The notes under the pieces were generated by a model, which saw only the letters and a program-made list of their open reading frames with translations, did no database searches and was not told where the DNA came from. Of a stretch of 47,922 nucleotides of DNA, positions 38,601 to 44,127 are shown in pieces. The number at the start of each line of letters is the position of its first letter. Position 1 is the first letter of the stretch. Made by a program: the position numbers and the translations under genes. Where the stretch lies: sequence record SRR31156797_1383. One strand, 5' to 3'.

Positions 38601-39018
38601 TGCCTTCAGCATCACATTAGACCCAGAGGATGTTTCACCAGAAGAAACCCTTAACGTTGTGGCTATCGTTACAGCAGGTGGCAGAGAATACCGCAGTGCA
38701 GCAACACCAATCGTGGTACCAACGGGTGACAATGGTACGGATGGTACCGACGGCACGGACGGTAGCAATGGCACGGACGGTACCAATGGAACGAATGGTA
38801 CCGACGGAAGCAACGGCGCTTGGGGTAACTGGGGCAGTTGGGGGAACAACAACGGCAACGGTAGCAATAACAACCAAAGCTGGTGGGGAAGTAAGTACCT
38901 ACCGAAAACGGGATCTGAAGGAACTTGGTATGCTTCACTGATTGGGGCAGCAGTCTTCGTTGTAGGAGGAATTGGTTTGTTCTTCAAAGCAAGAAAGAAA
39001 AAAGACCAACAAAAATAG
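29644..39018 (+). CDS. Giant LPXTG-anchored adhesin: putative adhesive tip domain plus 30 Ig-like domains
   Basis: 3124 aa; AGGAGG RBS; extended signal peptide ending VEA; ~340-aa unique tip; 15 two-domain Ig-like units; G/T/D/N/W low-complexity linker; LPKTG, TM helix, basic tail. Confidence 0.92.
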   Translation: MKGINYKKLMDSKKNTRVRTKKNIIANLTVSGMLLTSTVVVPASLLWAPTTVEAALVSAELFSDITASNNSGTSASAPYATPGATNQVNFSISGSNAVTVDVLNGDKVAVVGVPQGLTGLVQPAGNASISTNVILQLGNFPALQTLIGTVTPAVNTLISTVDGIVNQNLADALDIPPTIVGGLPNPLYTAASIVDVSQVISVNLDEITTQLDLLNQLGQFGQANFEVPAGLTDNERALIANVDDGLFIVINQRINQILDNLQAAQIQVSILDGASGIPGIGTLIGQINTLVQSTVNTAKATLNATVETAQTVFNATTDLADQIASASVLGQTNVVIPTNVTSPTYAQLVENGVANPSNPYEARFEGTMSQLDLITIDLFTDADGNNSIWFAPDTPEDQTDTPTINPLTAGETTISGTAEPGAAITLAINGGAPITTTADGDGNWTADVPELVEGDTVTAVAEAEGESASEPATATVAAPVVNAPTASISGNSTDGYPVTGTAAANAAIEITNAEGEVVGSGTANENGNYSITLNPADVAENENLNVAAIVTAGGQTYRSGNTPIVVPADDAEQQTGTPTIQPVTAGDTSVSGTAEPGASITVTINGADPIVTEADEEGNWRVDVDEVSEGDTVSAIAELAGQTPSQPASTTVSALTVNAPTASITGNSQEGYPVTGTAAPNAAIEITNADGEIVGTGTANENGVYTVTLDPADVDAEETLNVTAVVTAGGETYRSNPTPVVVPADILQTETPTIDPVSAGDTTVSGTAEPGATVTITLPEGDPITAEADDEGNWEATVPELSEGDSVTVVAESEGKDPSAPITVSVNGLTVAAPTATITGNSTDGYPVTGTAIANAAIEILNEAGEVVGSGTADEDGNFTITLDPQEVTAGDNLRVEAIVTAGGEDYRSTGTPLVVPADDEENLTETPTIDPVTAGDTTVSGTAEPGATVTITLPEGDPITAEADDEGNWEATVPELTEGDTVTVVAEVEGKEPSAPITVTVDGVTVSAPSASITGNSTDGYPVSGTTTPNAAIEILNEAGDVVGSTTADDAGAYTVTLDPADVAPEEALQVVAVVTAGGQDYRSNATPITVPADIEQTGTPTIDPVTAGDTTISGTAEPGSTVTVTITGQEPVTAETDDEGNWLAEVPAVSGGDTVTVVAEAEGKEPSAPVSVGVNGVTVAAPTAIISGNSTDGYPITGTAPVNAAIEVLNESGDVIGTGTADGDGNYTVTIAPSDAAPEETLSVVAIVTAGGDQYRSPATPVTVPADELEQTASPTIDPINAGDTTISGTAEPGATVTVTIPGEEPVTGEADDEGNWTVEVPEVSEGETVTVVAQAPDKDPSAPISVGVNGLTIATPTATISGNSTDGYPVTGTAPANAAIEILNADDEVVGTGTANDEGQYTITLTSNDASPAEALRVVAVVTAGGQEYRSAAAPITVPLDQTAVPTIESVTAGDTTISGTAEPGATVSVAIGDAEPVTAEADDEGNWTATVPEVSQGEIVSVVATLDGETPSDAATVVVNPLTVATPTAAISGNSSEGYPVTGTATPNAAIEILNAAGEVVGSGEANEEGAYSITLSSDDVDPSEALQVVAVVTAGGDEYRSAPLSIVVPADQTTTPTIDPVQAGDTSVGGTAEPGSTVTVTIPGEDPVTAETDEEGNWTVTVPELSEGDTVTVVAEAEGKDPSAPISVGVGALNVAAPTATITGNSTDGYPVTGTAPANATIEILNAANEVVGSGTANGDGEYTITLTEGVSPAETLRVVAIVSAGGQDYRSPATTIVVPEDNAEDQTAAPTVAPVIAGATTVSGTAEPGADVTVELPNGDTVTVAANDEGEWTATVPTVSLDDVLTVTALANGKTESLPVTVTVQGLIVAAPTATISGNSADGYPVTGTAPANASIEILNADDQVIGTGTANENGVYTVTLTSEEASAGETVRVIAIVSAGGDDFRSQPTAVVVPADQTATPTINPAVAGATEISGTAEPGAIVNVTVGEQDPISAEVDEEGNWQVDVPELSEGTTVTAVAEVENETPSTPATITVGALTVVAPSASISGNAADAYPVTGTGPANATIEILNEAGETVGTGTTNDAGLYTIDLTSENVSPEENLTVVAVVTAGGTDYRSPATPIMVPAEPGENQTTAPTVDPIKAGDETVSGTAEPGSTVTVTLPDGTEETAETDDEGNWSVDVPELSEWDTITVVADSDGKDPSDPITVIVEGVTVAAPTASISGNSTDGYPVTGTAPANAAIEILNADNEVVGTGTADGDGNYTVDLTAETVDPEETLNVVAIVTAGGKEYRSNPTAVIVPADTVVDQTAAPTIDPITAGDTSISGTAEPGSTVTIIVPDAEPITAETDDEGNWTAEVPEVSEGDAVTVVAQSPDKEPSAPVTVGVGALTVTAPSATITGNSTDGYPVTGTAPANATIQILNSDGQIVGSGTADAEGNYSITLEPTAVAPAESLTVVAVLTAGGKEYRSNATPIVVPLDQEEQQTATPTIDPVKAGDTTISGTAEPGSTVTVTIGENEPITTETDEEGNWTVEVPEVAEGDTVTVVAQSPEKDPSAPITVSVDGITVSAPTASITGNPEDGYPVTGMAAPNAAIEIVNEAGDVVGSGNTDENGNYTITLSGEDVSPEESLNVVAIITAGGKDYRSNATPIVVPVENTIDQTATPIIEPVTAGDTTINGTAVPGSTVTVTVTGEEAVETEADEAGNWSVDVAEVSRDEIVTAVAQSEGETASEPATTVVNGITVNAPSASITGDSQDGYPVSGNGPANAAIEILNEEGDVVGTGTTDENGDYTITLTSEDVAPEENLSVVAIVTAGGDDYRSNPTPIVVPVDDESIKTDTPTIDPVTAGDTTISGTSEPGATITVTISDPLTSRFLTIFAAEGPITTIADQNGDWDVELSVEATEGETVTVLALAEGETLSDPTTTVVSALTVDAPVATITGNPTDGYPVFGNGPANATIEILNEAGDVVGTGTSNGNGAFSITLDPEDVSPEETLNVVAIVTAGGREYRSAATPIVVPTGDNGTDGTDGTDGSNGTDGTNGTNGTDGSNGAWGNWGSWGNNNGNGSNNNQSWWGSKYLPKTGSEGTWYASLIGAAVFVVGGIGLFFKARKKKDQQK
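30835..38721 (+). repeat. 15 tandem ~525-bp units, each two alternating Ig-like domains
   Basis: Unit A: QTxTPTIDPVTAGDTTISGTAEPG..DEGNW; unit B: APTASISGNSTDGYPVTGTA..GG.DYRS; 15 copies of each counted in the translation. Confidence 0.9.
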
Positions 39019-39026
39019 CATGACTT

Positions 39027-39056
39027 TACCAGCGGAGTGGACATCCTCCGCTGGTA
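39027..39056 (+). other. GC-rich intergenic stem-loop without a U-tract
   Basis: taccagcggag / ctccgctggta perfect 11-bp inverted repeat with an 8-nt loop just after the adhesin stop, followed by tctc rather than a T-run. Confidence 0.65.
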
Positions 39057-39120
39057 TCTCTAGTGAACAATAGTTTTGAAGCAATGATCATCGTTTCGTA
39101 AAGAAAGGGTTAGAAATGGT

Positions 39121-40590
39121 ATGGAAAGCAGAAGGAGGGAAAAACGTCTTTACAAATGGACGATCGCTCAGTTGATTTTCTTGTTGACCAGCATCAGTTT
39201 CGTCAATTTGTATCTTTTAACAACGACAATAAAAGCCGAAGCAGCAGTGAATGTTTTAGATGTGGAGATTTTAAGCAATTTAACGAGTGCCAATACAAGT
39301 GGCACCTCAGTAAGCGTTCCATGGCCAGGCAGCGTGACAAATCGACCAGTGACTTTTTCTATTAAAGGCAACGGCGGGTTGAACGCTTCTGTCAATGTCA
39401 GTGGGGAAGATAAATTTGCTTTATTAGCGATCCCAGCAGAATTGAGAACTAGCATTAGTGCCAATGGATCCGCATCGATCAAGACGTCGACCACAGTCAA
39501 TATTGCCAATGTCCCACTTTTGAATGCGATCTTAACAGCGCTTGATTCCTTGACCAGTTCACTAAATCTCAACCTTGGGATTGTTCAAATCGATTTGACA
39601 GCGATCAATCAGCAGATTTCTTTACTAAAGACTGTCGGAAATATTGGGAATGTTGAATTTACCAGTCCGTTGCAGTTTACGACCCAGAAAGAAGCTTTAT
39701 ATGCCAATATGAGTTCGAACCTTGGTGTCGTCTTAGGAACCAATGTCCCGCAAATTCTACGGAATTTAAGTACCGCGATTCAAAATACCCAGATCCGAGT
39801 GATCGGCATCGATATTGGCGGCGTCGTGCGCGCATTGCTGCAAGGGTTGCTCAATACTCTGCTTAGCACCGTGAACTCAGCGTTGAATGATTTGACAACT
39901 GTCCAAGAACAGCTGGCGGATGCAGCTGTTTTAGGAGCAACGGATGTTCAAATTCCGACGTTACTTTCAGGTCCGGGTCAGTTGACTGCAAATTGGACCG
40001 CTAATTTTTCCGCTTCTGTTTTGAAAGCAAAGCCGACGGACATCAATCTCTTGAACTTTAGTGCGCTAAATATCAGCAGTCGCCAAACCATGATTTATTT
40101 CATGGTCGAAGCACTGACGATGGATCGGACGAATCTACCGACTCAGCTGAATTTTGGCCGACATGCCATTCAAACGAAAAAGAGTGAGACGTGGCGGGCA
40201 ACCGCCAACGGCGATCAAAGCGCAGCTGCTACAACTGGGATTTTACGGATCAATGATACCCGCAATCGGCAGAAAAAATGGCAAGTAAAGGTCAGACAAT
40301 CCACCAATTGGGTCAATGGTACACGCACATTGCCAGCCGCCGAATTAAGGGTTCAGCTTGGCACTGTCAATTCGACCTTTACGGATGGTCGAGTGGTTTT
40401 ACCTGATAATGCAACGATTGCCCTGCAGCAAAATGTCGAAAAAAATGTGGTGGCGTTGGAAAATGCGGCATCGACTGGTGGACTGACCGTTAATTTTTCC
40501 CAGTTCAATTTATTTGTACCTGAGAAAACACCTAAATTTCAAGGTCAGTATCGCGCCACAGTCGTGTGGACCGTTTCCGATACACCTTGA
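39121..40590 (+). CDS. Large WxL-domain surface protein with an N-terminal domain paralogous to the adhesin tip
   Basis: Signal peptide ending AEA; N-terminal region aligns by eye with the adhesin tip; C-terminal WxL domain (LPTQLNFG, INDTR..WQVKV, YRATVVWTVSDTP). Confidence 0.85.
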   Translation: MESRRREKRLYKWTIAQLIFLLTSISFVNLYLLTTTIKAEAAVNVLDVEILSNLTSANTSGTSVSVPWPGSVTNRPVTFSIKGNGGLNASVNVSGEDKFALLAIPAELRTSISANGSASIKTSTTVNIANVPLLNAILTALDSLTSSLNLNLGIVQIDLTAINQQISLLKTVGNIGNVEFTSPLQFTTQKEALYANMSSNLGVVLGTNVPQILRNLSTAIQNTQIRVIGIDIGGVVRALLQGLLNTLLSTVNSALNDLTTVQEQLADAAVLGATDVQIPTLLSGPGQLTANWTANFSASVLKAKPTDINLLNFSALNISSRQTMIYFMVEALTMDRTNLPTQLNFGRHAIQTKKSETWRATANGDQSAAATTGILRINDTRNRQKKWQVKVRQSTNWVNGTRTLPAAELRVQLGTVNSTFTDGRVVLPDNATIALQQNVEKNVVALENAASTGGLTVNFSQFNLFVPEKTPKFQGQYRATVVWTVSDTP

Positions 40591-40604
40591 AAAGGAAGAG
40601 CAGA

Positions 40605-40913
40605 ATGAAAAAGAATTCCCTTGTGCTGCTTCTGATTTTGATGATCGGCAGTTTCTGCAGTTTCGTTCCATCAGCAGTAGCCAATACGACGACCGGCAAC
40701 ATTGAGTTTTATGAAGGACCAACGGAAACAGCTAGCAGTGATTCAATTGATGAAGAAATTGAACCACCAACCAATCAAGAAACGGTCACTAACGTAGAAG
40801 AACCACTGCCGCAGCTTGCTGAAACCAATCACTTTTGGCTGCCCTTAATAGGCGGATTCTTCATTAGTCTGACATTGATCATTTGCATCAAAAAAAGGAG
40901 GATGGCAACATGA
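40605..40913 (+). CDS. Small LPXTG-like protein of the WxL cluster (CscD/ElrB-like)
   Basis: Signal peptide, GNIEFYE, acidic linker, LPQLAE, TM helix and KKRR; AAGGA RBS before ATG 40605. Confidence 0.8.
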   Translation: MKKNSLVLLLILMIGSFCSFVPSAVANTTTGNIEFYEGPTETASSDSIDEEIEPPTNQETVTNVEEPLPQLAETNHFWLPLIGGFFISLTLIICIKKRRMAT

Positions 40914-41557
40914 ATTCAAAGAAATCGGTAATAGGCGCATTGGGGGTATTGACCGCCCTTAGTATTGTGACCACGGTGCAAGCGGACGACACGACCGGTG
41001 TCGTAGAATATACCTCTGGTGGCATCGTGTTTGACCCGGATAAAGGCGGGAGTGATCCCAATACGCAGCTACCAACGAATTTAGATTTTGGTGCCCATGA
41101 GATCCAAACAGAAAATGCCGAAACGTGGGTAGCTACTACGGATGGGACTGGACTACCTGGCGATGGGTCCACGCTGCAAAGAGGGGCAGTTGCAGTCAGT
41201 GATAACCGAGGACAGGCGAACTCTTCTTGGGCAATTAAAGTACGGCAAGCAACCCAATTTACGGCAGGAGACAGTACGTTGGACGGTGCGGTATTAACGG
41301 TAGATACGGGTACATTGACCAACAACTTAAGTTCGCCGCCAACCGGAACCAGTGATATTGCCAATGGCGAGCTTGATTTTGCGGCGATCAACAATGAATA
41401 TGCTTTCTTGACCGCCAATGCTGGTGAAGGGATCGGTGAAACGTCGATGCCTCTAGAACAATTTACCCTTTCGATTCCAGCCAATACGGAAAAACAATCG
41501 GCAACCTATCAAACGACCCTCGTTTGGACGATCAGCAGTGCTCCGACGACCCCATAG
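40910..41557 (+). CDS. Small WxL-domain protein (CscB-like)
   Basis: Signal peptide ending VQA, LPTNLDFG, VSDNRG..WAIKV, YQTTLVWTISSAP; AGGAGG RBS, ATG 40910 overlapping the upstream stop. Confidence 0.88.
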   Translation: MNSKKSVIGALGVLTALSIVTTVQADDTTGVVEYTSGGIVFDPDKGGSDPNTQLPTNLDFGAHEIQTENAETWVATTDGTGLPGDGSTLQRGAVAVSDNRGQANSSWAIKVRQATQFTAGDSTLDGAVLTVDTGTLTNNLSSPPTGTSDIANGELDFAAINNEYAFLTANAGEGIGETSMPLEQFTLSIPANTEKQSATYQTTLVWTISSAPTTP

Positions 41558-41578
41558 GTTAGTAGTCATTGCTTAACA

Positions 41579-41628
41579 GTTAGCAGAAAAAAAGCAGCTT
41601 GCCTAAGCGGCTGCTTTTTATGCTAGCT
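41579..41628 (+). terminator. Intra-operonic terminator/attenuator hairpin between the small WxL gene and the DUF916 gene
   Basis: aaaaagcagc / gctgcttttt inverted repeat, extended by (ag)ttagca / tgctag(ct). Confidence 0.7.
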
Positions 41629-41668
41629 GATTTTTCTTTCCTATTTTGTGTAGAAAGGATCTGACAGG

Positions 41669-42712
41669 ATGCATCAGAACAAACTTCGAGGCAAAGGATT
41701 TCAGTATTGGGTAGTAAGTATTCTAACGGTCTTATTTTTCATTGGTACTAGTAGTACGGGGGCAGCAGATTCACTTGATACCTTCGATGTTCAAATCAAA
41801 TTGCCGGAGTCACAGCGGGACAAAGAGTTGATGTACTATGATTTGTTGCTGGAGCCCAAGGCAGAAGAAAAACTAGCAGTCATGGTTTCCAATAAAAGCG
41901 AGCAACCAATCAATCTACAGCTATCGTTTAATCGAGCGGTCACGAACATGACTGGCGTCGTTGAGTACTCTGGGGCAAATGAGGAAGCAACGCCTTCTGC
42001 TCCGTACGCGATCGAAGAACTCGTTACTTTGAGTGATGAAACACTTCCATTAGCCCCTAATGAACAAAAAGAAATCACCTTGACAGTCCGGATGCCATCT
42101 AAATCCTTTGATGGGATTTTGGCAGGGGGACTATACGTACAGCAAACCGGCAGTGAAGAATTTCAAGGGAATGTTCAAAACCTATTAGCAAGAGAAGTGG
42201 CGGTATTGCTCCGAAATAAAGAGTCAGACATCCCGCCAGCGGTCCGAATTGAAGAAGCCCATTTGGAAGAGATCAACCGCCGCAATGTCATCATCGTAGC
42301 GGTGGAAAATGCAGCAGCCGATTATCTCAGTAAAGCCACGCTTGCTTATGAAGTGTTTCATGAAGGAAAAGCAACAGCCATCAAAGGGGAAAAAGAAATC
42401 CAATTAGCGCCCAATGCATTAATGAATTACGCACTTCCGCTGGATGGAAAGGAACTGCTATCAGGAGAGTATGAAATAAAAGCGACCCTTAAAGCAGCCG
42501 ATCAAGAATGGCAGGGAGAGCCGACCTTCCAAGTTGCAAGGCAAGAAGCGCAAGAAAGAAACGAGCAAGATGTCAGTATTGAAGAAACCGCTTCGCCGAT
42601 CCTTCTCTATCTATCGATTGGTGGTGTTTTATGTTTGATCATCGCTTATCTGATTTGGCATAATCGAAAACTAAAACGAGCATTAAAAAAAACAGATGAT
42701 AAAACCCCATGA
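41669..42712 (+). CDS. WxL-interacting protein (DUF916 + DUF3324, CscA/ElrE-like)
   Basis: LPESQRD..YYDL, AVTNMTGVVEYS, MPSKSFDGILAGGLY, LAPNALMNY; C-terminal TM helix and basic tail; last gene of the WxL cluster. Confidence 0.88.
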   Translation: MHQNKLRGKGFQYWVVSILTVLFFIGTSSTGAADSLDTFDVQIKLPESQRDKELMYYDLLLEPKAEEKLAVMVSNKSEQPINLQLSFNRAVTNMTGVVEYSGANEEATPSAPYAIEELVTLSDETLPLAPNEQKEITLTVRMPSKSFDGILAGGLYVQQTGSEEFQGNVQNLLAREVAVLLRNKESDIPPAVRIEEAHLEEINRRNVIIVAVENAAADYLSKATLAYEVFHEGKATAIKGEKEIQLAPNALMNYALPLDGKELLSGEYEIKATLKAADQEWQGEPTFQVARQEAQERNEQDVSIEETASPILLYLSIGGVLCLIIAYLIWHNRKLKRALKKTDDKTP

Positions 42713-43370
42713 GCACTTGTAAGAAATTCCGTATTAATATAGAAGGAAAAAAAGAAAACAATTAAAATTCACGGGATGCATGTAAATCAGAAGCATAATA
42801 AAAGCAGCAAACAGGCCATTTATTGTTCGAAATAAATGGTTTTTTGTCGTGTCCATGAAGATTCGATATGGTAAATTAAGTAGAAAATTTTTTTTGATTG
42901 CATCTTGCAGCAGCGAACGATCACTTTTATTTTGATGGAAAATCTTCAGAGGAAACAGTTGATTACCCTTAACCGGACTGCCCAAAGAGAAGGGTAGCTT
43001 TTTTTTGCGAAAAAACGAAGAATAAATAACGATTAATATTTTATTTGAACGAAGGTTATTTTTTTGAAAATCATTAGAAAGGTTGGGCAGTAGTCGGTAA
43101 GTTTTGGAATTGTTAATTAGTTAAACTACTTAAAAAAACATAAGTTTTTATTTTTGTTTGCGCTTTCTGTCTTATAAATGTGTTAAGAAAGCAGTACGAC
43201 GGGAACTCCTTTACTATAATAGGTTTAGACCAATTATAAAGTCTTTTCTTACTTTGTTTTTAATTTAAACTACCTTTTTTGCATAAACGTTTCGCTAATT
43301 CGTTTGAAAGTGCAAGCAGGCATTTTTAATTAAGAATACAATTAGAAATGATGTGAAAAGGAGAATTAAG

Positions 43371-44099
43371 ATGTCTGCAAATTTGAGCAATTTCGCTGTT
43401 TATATAGTAGATGACAACTTTTTTAATGGAAATTTGATGAAAAAAATGATCACTGAAAGTCATGTTCCTTATTCTATGGTGGAGATCATTTCACCGGAAG
43501 AACTAGATTCTTTTCTTGAAGGGTATCTAACAGATGTGAACGATTTATTTTTATTTTCCATTGAAATGATGGGCTTTGATCGAAGTTTTCAATTAGCAGG
43601 GCGTTTGAGGGAGCAGTGCAAAAAGTGTCAAATTGCTTTTTATGGTGCCTATGCGTCCAAAATCGAAATCAAGAAACTGAATCTTATCTGTCCTTTAGGA
43701 ATCATCGATACAGAAGAAAAGGATGTGGCAATGCAGTTAAGAAATTTGTTAACAGAAGCAATTGAAGTGAAACGATCATTGCTGGGAAAAAAACACTTAT
43801 TAAAAATTGTTAGTAAACGAGAGTTGATGATCGTTGATGCAGAAGCAATCAACTACATAACAACGATCAAAGGTGAGCGAAACCGAATCGTATTCCATCA
43901 AAAGAAGTCAGTTGAGTGCATTGAAACTTCGTTAAAGGTCATCAAACAGCTAGATTTGCCTGAGTATTATAAAGTATTCAAATCGTACATTATTAATGCG
44001 CGACAAATCAAAATGATTGATCGAACAAACAATGTTCTTTGCTTTTTTAATGGGGAAGAATTAGAAGTTGGAAAAAAAATCCGTAAAGCAATCAGTTAA
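43371..44099 (+). CDS. LytTR-domain regulator with a degenerate receiver domain (AgrA/FsrA-like architecture)
   Basis: VYIVDDN receiver start; C-terminal INYITT..NRIVFH..FKSYIINARQI..CFFNGEEL LytTR pattern; AGGAG RBS before ATG 43371. Confidence 0.8.
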   Translation: MSANLSNFAVYIVDDNFFNGNLMKKMITESHVPYSMVEIISPEELDSFLEGYLTDVNDLFLFSIEMMGFDRSFQLAGRLREQCKKCQIAFYGAYASKIEIKKLNLICPLGIIDTEEKDVAMQLRNLLTEAIEVKRSLLGKKHLLKIVSKRELMIVDAEAINYITTIKGERNRIVFHQKKSVECIETSLKVIKQLDLPEYYKVFKSYIINARQIKMIDRTNNVLCFFNGEELEVGKKIRKAIS

Positions 44100-44127
44100 A
44101 ACTACATATATTTAATGGAGGAAAAAA

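Noticed and set aside
23214-38721. CRISPR-like or mobile repeat arrays
   Set aside because: Repeats are long, in-frame, degenerate coding repeats without unique spacers; no cas, transposase or integrase gene is present.
29658-39044. Many antisense and alternate-frame ORFs inside the giant adhesin (e.g. 31839-32288, 38505-39044)
   Set aside because: Shadow ORFs that recur with the repeat period because of the biased codon pattern; no independent RBS or protein motif seen.
42734-42985. 83-aa minus-strand ORF between the DUF916 and LytTR genes
   Set aside because: TTG start, no recognisable motif, AT-rich intergenic composition; probably spurious.
43095-43150. LytTR-type direct repeats (AGTT cores at 43100, 43119, 43143)
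   Set aside because: Spacings of 19 and 24 nt do not fit the usual ~21-22 nt period, and similarity is low.
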